Source: an uncultured Candidatus Saccharibacteria bacterium | Lineage (GTDB): Bacteria > Patescibacteriota > Dojkabacteria > J137 | Assembly (NCBI GenBank): GCA_964607415.1 | Contig: CAZSKK010000001.1 | Location: forward strand, 333,469 to 397,468 | Reading direction: 5' to 3' | Length of the DNA: 64,000 nt | Shown here: piece after piece, positions 1 through 7,624 of the stretch | Layout of the letters: each line of letters starts with the position of its first letter | Numbering within the stretch: the stretch's first letter is position 1 | Program-made: the position numbers and the translations under genes | The notes under the pieces: model-generated | What the model was told of the DNA's origin: nothing | The model's input: only the letters and a program-made list of their open reading frames with translations | Database searches by the model: none

Positions 1-1046
1 CTGTTAAAAATAGCTGATCCGTGAACTGTTGGAAGAACATCAACTTCCGCACCTAATTCTCTAATTTCATCTAATTTTCTACCTGAAACTCTTTTATCTT
101 CTGATAATACACCTTCTCTTAGAATTTTTCTTGCAATGTATTCAACAGCATTATAAATATCGCCTTCTGAATATCCGGTTTCTTCTGTTGCATATTTTTC
201 TGTAATTTCTTTTTTTGCTAAAGCCAAGCCTTCGTTTTGTTCGTCTTTAATACCAGTGTACAAAGCCTTCTTTATTTCCTCGTATTTTTCTTTTTTTACA
301 ATATCTACAAGATCATGCGGAGCTGGAACATCATCATACTCTCTATCCGATTTGAAAACTTTTTGGCCACATTTTTTTACAAATTCAATTTGAAAGTCAT
401 TAAGTTTTTTAATGTAATCCATTGACTCATCCAGAAGCTTATCCATGTGCTCATCTGACACTTCTTTTGCCCAACCTTCCATGTTTAAAACTTTTCCAGT
501 AACACCAGAAACCACCATTTCAGCTAAAAGCTCTTCTCTACCCTCAACTTCTGGGTTAATTAGTATTGAACCATCGTGATTTATACAAGCAACAACACTT
601 GCGGAAGGACCCATAAATGGAATTCCTGACTGCATCAAAGCCATACTTGCACCCAAAACTGCTAATGCTTCTGGATCGTTAATTCCATCGTATGTTAGAA
701 CAGTTAGAATGATAGTTGTTGGCCTTTTAAAACTTTTTGGGAAAAGTGATCTGATTGAATGATCAACTTGTCTTGCTTTTATGATTGCTTCATCCGTTGG
801 GTTGCTTTCTCTTTTTTGATATCTGGAACCCGAAATTGCACCTCTTGCGTACATTTTCTCAATGTATTCAATTGTTAGTGGAAAAAAATCACCGTCTGTG
901 TCTCCTGCATCAATTCCAACTGTTGCAAATAAAGTTGTACCTCCCATTTGAAGCATAATACTTCCTGGTGCTTGATTGGCGATTTTGCCTGTAGACGCTT
1001 TAATCTCTTTTCCAGAGATTTTTAAGGTTAAACTAACCTCTGCCAT
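1..1046 (-). CDS. pnp: Polyribonucleotide nucleotidyltransferase (PNPase), N-terminal part; runs off the window edge
   Basis: Manual translation from ATG at 1046: MAEVSLTLKISGKEIKASTGKIANQAPGS...DFFPLTIEYIEKMYARGAISG...ARQVDHSIRSLFPK...RVSGRKLDEIRELGAEVDVLPTVHGSAIF; these are RNase PH-domain motifs of PNPase. Absent from the ORF track because no stop lies in the window. Confidence 0.95.
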   Translation of the reverse strand, partial: MAEVSLTLKISGKEIKASTGKIANQAPGSIMLQMGGTTLFATVGIDAGDTDGDFFPLTIEYIEKMYARGAISGSRYQKRESNPTDEAIIKARQVDHSIRSLFPKSFKRPTTIILTVLTYDGINDPEALAVLGASMALMQSGIPFMGPSASVVACINHDGSILINPEVEGREELLAEMVVSGVTGKVLNMEGWAKEVSDEHMDKLLDESMDYIKKLNDFQIEFVKKCGQKVFKSDREYDDVPAPHDLVDIVKKEKYEEIKKALYTGIKDEQNEGLALAKKEITEKYATEETGYSEGDIYNAVEYIARKILREGVLSEDKRVSGRKLDEIRELGAEVDVLPTVHGSAIFN

Positions 1047-1072
1047 AAGAAAATTTTAAAAAATTAAAATTT

Positions 1073-1213
1073 CTCTTAAGGTAAAAGAAGTATTTTGAGT
1101 CGAAGAGGGAAGAAAACGTTAAAGCAATTTTTAAATAAACTTAATTTAGAAATTCAAAAAATTGTTTATCACTTTCTTCTCACTTCGATACTCTTTAATC
1201 TTTTCCTTAAGAG
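1073..1213 (-). promoter_or_regulatory. Long imperfect hairpin filling the pnp 5' UTR
   Basis: Nested inverted repeats: ctcttaaggtaaaaga/tcttttccttaagag, gagtcgaagagggaagaaa/tttcttctcacttcgatactc, aagcaattttt/aaaaattgttt. Confidence 0.75.
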
Positions 1214-1220
1214 TTTGTTG

Positions 1221-1249
1221 ATTATAGTATAGCCAGCCATGTCTGGCAA
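1221..1249 (-). promoter_or_regulatory. Sigma70-type promoter of pnp
   Basis: Minus strand TTGCCA (1249-1244), 17-nt spacer, TATAAT (1226-1221); predicted +1 near 1214, at the base of the leader hairpin. Confidence 0.7.
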
Positions 1250-1344
1250 TAACTAATTACTAAACTCAAATTACTAATAGGACTCCTATTTTAAATTAGT
1301 TATTCAATAGTAATATTAGTCAATATTATCATTTGATCTTTTCT

Positions 1345-2736
1345 TTAGAATTTCTTCTCAAACTTCTTCCTACTCTTTTTTACTCTTTTGTTTTTAGTTT
1401 CAGAAACATTGTTTATTTTACTTTCTATATTTTTACCTACTTTATTTTCAAATTTAAGTCCCAATTTTTCTTGAACTTCTGTGAATTTTAACAAAGCGGC
1501 ATCAAACTTAAACTGAGTTGCTAGTAAACCTAAAATTATCAAAAACACTCCAATTAAAAGTTTATTATCACCGCCTTCAGAAAACAAAGCTGTAGCTGGT
1601 AGTGTACAACCGTTATTTGTGCAGTTTGCGTTATTCAAACACTGCGTCAAAACACATATATTTCTGGATGTGTCACATACATTTCCAACAGGACATGCAC
1701 CATTACTACCGCAAGCACTTCCACAAACGGGATCTACTGCACAGTCTGAATCATTCGGAATGCTAGGATTTCTACAAACTCCGCTGATACATTGCAAACC
1801 ACTTGCACAATTTCCCTGCCCTGTTCCAGTACAAGCTTCATTACAAACTGGGATTCCAGGATCTGGAGTACAATCTGCATCATTTGGTACTGCAGGGTTT
1901 CTACAAACATTATTTATACATTGAAGACCACTTGCACAGTTTCCTTGGCCTGTTCCTGTACATGCTTGATTACATTGAGCAGTAACAACAGGATTGCAAA
2001 CTGGCAATCCACAAGTAATTTGCTCGCCAGAAACTGCATCAACTTTAACTCCACAAAAGCTTCCTGGATTAGACACGCTAATATTACTTCCTTGCATTAT
2101 ATCAATCTGACCACACCTTCCATCTAATGTTGCACTACAACTTCCGTTTTCTGCAAATATTTGAACACCCACATCATCTCCTTGACATCTGTTATCGGTT
2201 CCACAGCCATTTGGGCACAGAAAAATCAAACAACCTCCAGCAGCTCCAGTACCGTTTGGACATTGAAGAGAACCCCCTGTACCAGAACATGCTGAACAAT
2301 CTCCTCCACAGTCTAATCCAGTTTCTCCACAATCTTGAGAACCATTAGAGCAGTGTGCGGTACCAGTACATGAAGACGCTGCATTACCCCCGCAAGCTAC
2401 AATAGCATCGGCGACAACGTTGGGATTGGATGAGTCACCATTATAACATCTATATTGGCCTTCATTTACTGTTCCTGAAGGACAAGGATTACATCCTAAT
2501 GGACCACCAGGTCCATCACATGCGTTAGGCCCACATGCAGTATTGCAACTTGCACCTAGACTTAATGTCGTGCCTGGATAAGGACATTGAATTTGAGCGC
2601 TTGTATCATCTGGCGCTTGATCTTGCTGATTAAGCCTTATAGCAATATAGACAGAAATTCCTGCAAGAACCAATGTCAAAATAATCAGAACAACAATTGT
2701 AATTTTTCTAGATCTTGGCATAAGATAAGAATACAT
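1345..2736 (-). CDS. Cysteine-rich surface protein with N-terminal TM/signal, Cys/Gly repeats and C-terminal LPATA + TM + basic tail
   Basis: Hydrophobic N-terminus ITIVVLIILTLVLAGISVYIAI, dozens of Cys, then LPATA followed by LLIGVFLIILGLLA and a Lys-rich tail. Confidence 0.8.
   Translation of the reverse strand: MYSYLMPRSRKITIVVLIILTLVLAGISVYIAIRLNQQDQAPDDTSAQIQCPYPGTTLSLGASCNTACGPNACDGPGGPLGCNPCPSGTVNEGQYRCYNGDSSNPNVVADAIVACGGNAASSCTGTAHCSNGSQDCGETGLDCGGDCSACSGTGGSLQCPNGTGAAGGCLIFLCPNGCGTDNRCQGDDVGVQIFAENGSCSATLDGRCGQIDIMQGSNISVSNPGSFCGVKVDAVSGEQITCGLPVCNPVVTAQCNQACTGTGQGNCASGLQCINNVCRNPAVPNDADCTPDPGIPVCNEACTGTGQGNCASGLQCISGVCRNPSIPNDSDCAVDPVCGSACGSNGACPVGNVCDTSRNICVLTQCLNNANCTNNGCTLPATALFSEGGDNKLLIGVFLIILGLLATQFKFDAALLKFTEVQEKLGLKFENKVGKNIESKINNVSETKNKRVKKSRKKFEKKF
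1741..1974 (-). repeat. Duplicated 35-aa Cys module inside the Cys-rich protein
   Basis: CNQACTGTGQGNCASGLQCINNVCRNPAVPNDADC and CNEACTGTGQGNCASGLQCISGVCRNPSIPNDSDC. Confidence 0.85.
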
Positions 2737-2924
2737 AATTCAGAGAAAGAGGTAAAGAGCTATGAAACAAATTTACCTAATTATTCTAAATACAAATAAA
2801 CTCGAAATTCAAAACCCTAAACAAATTTGAAACCAGAGGATAGAGGCTAGATGCCAGAATTCGAAGCTCACAGCTCGAAACTCGCAAACACGTTAACTCC
2901 TTGTTTTTCGCTATATGCTATAAG

Positions 2925-4478
2925 CTATACGCTTTCTCCATCAAGGTATTCCTTGGCTAGTCTTAACAAATCAATCTTCTTATTATAAAGTGGTTCGTCT
3001 ATAACCTTTTCCAAAAGATAATTTAAAACTTTACCTAGAACTGGCCCTTGCTGCAATTCGAAGTTTTCCATTAAATCAGCACCTGTTATGTCTAAATCAG
3101 AAACTTTTAACGCCATGTCTTTTGCTCTTACCGACGCAATCCTTTCAGATAAAATATCGATATCTTTGGGGTCAAATTCGCTTTTGGGGTTTGAAGCTGC
3201 ATCTGCTATTCTTAGTTTCATCAAATCCTCAATTGCATCTTCGCCGCCGACATTTATTATCAATCTTCTTATAGCACCATCAGACCAACCGAACTGAGCC
3301 TTTGGCTCAGGATGACGAATGACGGATGACGAATTACGAGTAGTCTCACCCTGCTCGCTTTGCTCGCCACCCTCTCCATTAAGGAGAACTGAGGGTGAGG
3401 TGGTGGTACTCACGCCTTTGCGCCAGTCTGCAGATGGATAATAAAACATATGCCACCTTACAAGTCTTACTACTCTATCTATTTCAGCGTTAGAAAATTT
3501 AAGCCTTTTCATTATTTCTTTTGTCATTTCAGACCCCATAACATCATGGCCATAAAAGTGAATGCCCTTTTCATCGTCACTTTTGCATCTTGGCTTTGCA
3601 ATGTCGTGAAAAAGGGCTGCTAATTTTACTGAATCTTCAGCTTCATCTACAGCTTTAATTGAATGTGTAAAAACATCATCTGTATGGAATTGCGGCTGAA
3701 CTACTTCAACACCTTCCAAAAGTTCTGGAACAAACAGCTCAAGAATTCCTGAATCTTTTAATAAGTTTAATCCTTTGGAAGGCTTTGGAGATTTTAAAAG
3801 AAGTTTCATCAATTCATCTCTAAACCTTTCAACAGAAACCTGTTTTGTTATATGCAAGGTTTGTTTGATTGCTTCAAAAGTTTTGGTTTCGATTTCAAAA
3901 TCAAGTTGAGATGCAAGTCTACAAGCTCGAACTGATCTTAATCCATCTTCTGAAAATCTTTCGATTGGATCTCTTACTGCTTTAATTACTTTATTCTTTA
4001 AATCAAAAATTCCATTATAAGGATCAATCAGAATTTGTTGTACTGAGACATCTGAATCATCAAAATGTTGCAAGTCCAATGCTATAGAATTGATTGTAAA
4101 ATCTCTTCTTGCGAGATCTTCGTTAATAGTTTTTGTAAATTCTACTTTTGTGGGCCATCTTCCCCCCATGTAATCAGCTTCAGATCTAAACGTTGTAACT
4201 TGTACGTCAAATTTTTCGCCATTTTCATCTTCACCGATAACTGTTATAGTTCCAAACTTTGCTCCAGTTGGAATTGATTTAGGGAAAATCTTAGAAATTT
4301 CATCAGGGTTTGCATCTGTTGCGATATCATAATCTCCTGGTAGCTTTCCAAGCAATATATCTCTAATACTTCCGCCCACCAAATAAGCCTTAAAATTATA
4401 TCTTTGCAGTTCTTCGGCAATGTTTATTACATAGCTTGGAATCAGTTTTTGAAATTGTGGAATAGTTAAGTCGATCAT
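2925..4478 (-). CDS. cca: CCA tRNA nucleotidyltransferase with HD domain, carrying an in-frame repeat-derived insertion
   Basis: VGGSIRD...DYDIAT, EDLARRDFTIN, ERFSEDGLR, ERFRDEL and LFHDIAKP motifs of class II nucleotidyltransferases. Confidence 0.9.
   Translation of the reverse strand: MIDLTIPQFQKLIPSYVINIAEELQRYNFKAYLVGGSIRDILLGKLPGDYDIATDANPDEISKIFPKSIPTGAKFGTITVIGEDENGEKFDVQVTTFRSEADYMGGRWPTKVEFTKTINEDLARRDFTINSIALDLQHFDDSDVSVQQILIDPYNGIFDLKNKVIKAVRDPIERFSEDGLRSVRACRLASQLDFEIETKTFEAIKQTLHITKQVSVERFRDELMKLLLKSPKPSKGLNLLKDSGILELFVPELLEGVEVVQPQFHTDDVFTHSIKAVDEAEDSVKLAALFHDIAKPRCKSDDEKGIHFYGHDVMGSEMTKEIMKRLKFSNAEIDRVVRLVRWHMFYYPSADWRKGVSTTTSPSVLLNGEGGEQSEQGETTRNSSSVIRHPEPKAQFGWSDGAIRRLIINVGGEDAIEDLMKLRIADAASNPKSEFDPKDIDILSERIASVRAKDMALKVSDLDITGADLMENFELQQGPVLGKVLNYLLEKVIDEPLYNKKIDLLRLAKEYLDGESV
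3343..3399. repeat. Palindromic REP-like element family A, copy inside cca
   Basis: gtctcaccctgctcgctttgctcgccaccctctcc-attaa-ggagaactgagggtgag; matches intergenic copies at 16405, 22607 and 51585. Confidence 0.8.
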
Positions 4479-4563
4479 ATTAGCTACAAGCCTTCAGCTA
4501 TCTGCTGTCAGCCCAAAATAGTTATTGCCCATCTGCTGATGGCTGATAGCCGACAGCTGTGGT

Positions 4564-5091
4564 TTAGTCCATTTTATCCAGTTCTTGGGAAGTATACAAC
4601 TCTGAAGGATCTTTAATGTATGAAGTAAACAAAATTCCATCAAGATGATCTATTTCGTGTTGAAGAAGATGCGAAAAATAACCATCAGCTTTTATTACTT
4701 TTTTATCTCCTTTTGAATTCTGATATTCGACTGTAACTCTTCTAGGCCTTTCAACTTGTCCAAAAAGATTTCCACTATTTATGCTTAAACATCCTTCCCA
4801 ATAAATTGACTTTGCGTCACTTTTTTTCACAATTACAGGATTAATCATTACCTCCCATACATCTGTTCCATCAAAGTCCGGCTTATTTTCAAGATCTAAT
4901 CTTTTAACGATAGTTAATCTTTTTAAAACACCAACTTGATTTGCAGCTAAACCTGCAGAAAAATCCTCGCCTTTTTTAAGAGTATCTAACATTTCTGAAA
5001 TTAATTGCTTGAGTTCAGGATCAGAAAAATCTGTAATTTTTTCTGCTTTTTGTGTAAGGGATGGAAACCCAATTTGTTTTATTTGTAGCAT
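4564..5091 (-). CDS. def: Peptide deformylase
   Basis: GLAANQVG, EGCLS and QHEIDHLDG motifs. Confidence 0.95.
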   Translation of the reverse strand: MLQIKQIGFPSLTQKAEKITDFSDPELKQLISEMLDTLKKGEDFSAGLAANQVGVLKRLTIVKRLDLENKPDFDGTDVWEVMINPVIVKKSDAKSIYWEGCLSINSGNLFGQVERPRRVTVEYQNSKGDKKVIKADGYFSHLLQHEIDHLDGILFTSYIKDPSELYTSQELDKMD

Positions 5092-5352
5092 AACGCGATT
5101 ATATCATAGAATAGTTATAGTGTTTACGTGTTAACGAGTTAGAGAGCTAACTGATTAGATTATTAAAACTCAAAACAAGAATCTCCTAACTTTGATATAA
5201 TTCAGAATGACATCAGGGGTCAGAGACCTGAAGTTAGTGGCAAGATATCATAAGTAAGAATTTAAAGTTAATTCGTTTTGGTATGCGATTTCTGGATTCT
5301 AAATGTTTAGAATTTCCAATTTAGTATTTCGAATTTATCATTAATTTTTTCT

Positions 5353-6681
5353 ATGTTCATTTGTAGCAACTGTCAAAAAGAATTTTCTAAATGGAGTGGT
5401 CAATGTCCAAACTGTGGACAGTGGAATACACTAAATGAAGTTGATCCTTCGACTACGCTCAGGATGACAAAAACAAAATCGTCCAAAGCTTCCCGAAGCT
5501 CACGGCTCGAAGCTCGTAGCTCTCAGCAGCCAGTTAGACTTATTGATTTAGATAAAAAAGACGAAAAAGTAAGCTACAAACAAATAGAGCTCAAGACTGG
5601 TATCAAGGAATTTGATAATACAATTGGTGGAAGAATAATTTCTGGTCAAGTAATCTTGTTTGCTGGAAGCCCTGGCGTTGGTAAAAGCACTTTATCGTTA
5701 CAGATTACAGAAAGTTTTTCAAATCAAGGTTTAAAGATTCTATACATTGCAGGCGAAGAATCTCCAAGCCAAATAAAACACAGATCTGATCGATTAAAAC
5801 AAAAGCAAACTAATGTACTGTTTTACCCTGAGACAAACATAATCTCCATTCAAAACTATATTGCATCTCATTCAAAAGATATTGATTTAATTGTTGTGGA
5901 TTCAATTCAAACACTTTATTCACCGGATTTACCAAGTACTAGTGGATCCATTTCTCAAATTAGCGAATGCGCCGACAAGATTATAAGCTTAGCAAAAGGT
6001 TTTAGTATTCCTGCATTTATTATTGGTCATATTACAAAATCTGGTGAAATTGCTGGACCAAAAATTTTAGAACACATGGTTGACACAGTTTTATATTTTG
6101 AAGGTGATAAGCGTAGTGAATTAAGAATTCTTAAAGTAGAAAAAAATAGATACGGACCAACTGACGAAGCTGGGATTTTTAAAATGGCTGAAGGAGGCTT
6201 ATCAGAAGTTAAAGATACAAAAGAGCTTTTTGATCCAAGTAAAGAAGATGCTCCTGGATCTGTCTACTGTATGAGTTTAGAAGGTAACAGGCCAATAGTT
6301 GTGGAAGTTCAAGCACTTGCCACAAAAACATATTTTACAAACCCAAGAAGAACTTCTTCAGGTTTTGATTTAAATAGACTTTACATTCTCCTTGCAATTT
6401 TAGATAAAAAACTAAAACTAAAAACTTACGAATATGATGTTTATGTAAATATTACAGGAGGGATCAAAATTGTTGATCCTGGATTGGATTTAGCAGTCAT
6501 TAAAGCAATAGTTTCTTCAATTAAAAACGTAGTTGTCCCAAAAACTGAAGTATATTTTGGTGAAGTAGGTTTAACAGGTGAAGTTAGAAAAGTGATGTTT
6601 GAAGAAAAGCGAACAAAAGAATCTGAGAGAATGGGTTTTAAAAAGATAACTAATTCGAAAAATTTGAAAAGAATTAGTTAG
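5353..6681 (+). CDS. radA: DNA repair protein RadA/Sms
   Basis: C4 zinc finger CSNC...CPNC, Walker A GSPGVGKS, KNRYG motif, Lon-like C-terminal domain. Confidence 0.95.
   Translation: MFICSNCQKEFSKWSGQCPNCGQWNTLNEVDPSTTLRMTKTKSSKASRSSRLEARSSQQPVRLIDLDKKDEKVSYKQIELKTGIKEFDNTIGGRIISGQVILFAGSPGVGKSTLSLQITESFSNQGLKILYIAGEESPSQIKHRSDRLKQKQTNVLFYPETNIISIQNYIASHSKDIDLIVVDSIQTLYSPDLPSTSGSISQISECADKIISLAKGFSIPAFIIGHITKSGEIAGPKILEHMVDTVLYFEGDKRSELRILKVEKNRYGPTDEAGIFKMAEGGLSEVKDTKELFDPSKEDAPGSVYCMSLEGNRPIVVEVQALATKTYFTNPRRTSSGFDLNRLYILLAILDKKLKLKTYEYDVYVNITGGIKIVDPGLDLAVIKAIVSSIKNVVVPKTEVYFGEVGLTGEVRKVMFEEKRTKESERMGFKKITNSKNLKRIS
5443..5468. repeat. REP-like element family B, copy inside radA
   Basis: gatccttcgactacgctcaggatgac; same core as 7528 and 53170. 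Confidence 0.75.
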
Positions 6682-6797
6682 AAGCAGGAATCCTGGAGAC
6701 AAATGATACTTTCTTACACTTTTACTTCTGGATAACTATCTTCAAATTTGGATCGTGCTTCGAGTTTAGAATTTTAAATCAAAACACAACTATTTAA

Positions 6798-7454
6798 TCA
6801 CATTCTCTCTTTGTAGTGCTTCATTTCACCATCTGTAATAATCAGATATTCAAAAAATCCTAGCGAAGAATGTCCTAAATCTATAAATTGTTTTTCAGGT
6901 GTGAATTGATTTAAATGTGAATGACCACAAACTAAAATTTCATTTGGCTTTAAATTTGCTTGTGCCCAAGTTACCATTTCATCATTCATTTTCTGATACA
7001 GCTTTAAATATCTTTCTTTAAAAATCAAAATCAAAAAATTAATAGGATAGCTTGCAAGCCTGCTTAAAAACTTGTATTTATCAACAATCTTATGAATGAA
7101 ATTGAATTTTCCTACCTGCTGATGACCATGAGTAATATATAAAACTTTTCCATCTTTCAGTTCTATTTTATGTACATAAGTTTGAATATTAGAGAAGAGC
7201 GCAACTCTTTCATCTGTAAATTCCTCCTCGTCATGGTTACCAAAAATATAAATGGTATTTTTAGATTTTAATAAAGGGAAAAGTCTACTCCATTTTGAGT
7301 TAATAAAGTCATCAAATGAAATAAAGTCGTCATCCCAAAGATCTCCGTTTATAATAACTTTATCTACTGAGTTAATTAAATCCGCTAGTTTTTGAAATCG
7401 AGATTCGTTAAAACGTTTTTTTAAGTGTGTGTCTGAAATTATTAGTGTTTTCAT
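6798..7454 (-). CDS. Calcineurin-like metallophosphoesterase
   Basis: SDTH, GDLWD, GNHD, THGH and GHSH motifs. Confidence 0.9.
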   Translation of the reverse strand: MKTLIISDTHLKKRFNESRFQKLADLINSVDKVIINGDLWDDDFISFDDFINSKWSRLFPLLKSKNTIYIFGNHDEEEFTDERVALFSNIQTYVHKIELKDGKVLYITHGHQQVGKFNFIHKIVDKYKFLSRLASYPINFLILIFKERYLKLYQKMNDEMVTWAQANLKPNEILVCGHSHLNQFTPEKQFIDLGHSSLGFFEYLIITDGEMKHYKERM

Positions 7455-7527
7455 ACTAGTTTATGAGATAAGTATATTTAGGAATTTAGTGCTTCAGGAT
7501 TTTCACTAAATTCCGGACTTCACCTCT

Positions 7528-7547
7528 CCTTCGACAAGCTCAGGATC
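7528..7547. repeat. REP-like element family B, intergenic copy
   Basis: ccttcgacaagctcaggatc, nested inside the inverted repeat ttccgga...tccggaa. Confidence 0.7.
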
Positions 7548-7624
7548 GTTGAATCCGGAATAACATAAACAGACCATATATTTTAGCCCTAAGTCTCTTT
7601 AGCTCTACTGCTCTTAAGCTGAAC

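Noticed and set aside
237-425. Short plus-strand ORF and the many other 60-170 aa ORFs antisense to or nested in long genes
   Set aside because: They are shadows of well-supported genes (here pnp) with no motifs of their own.
3295-3413. Intein or intron in cca (also considered for dnaE)
   Set aside because: Too short, no C/S...HN splice motifs, frame open throughout; explained by repeat DNA.
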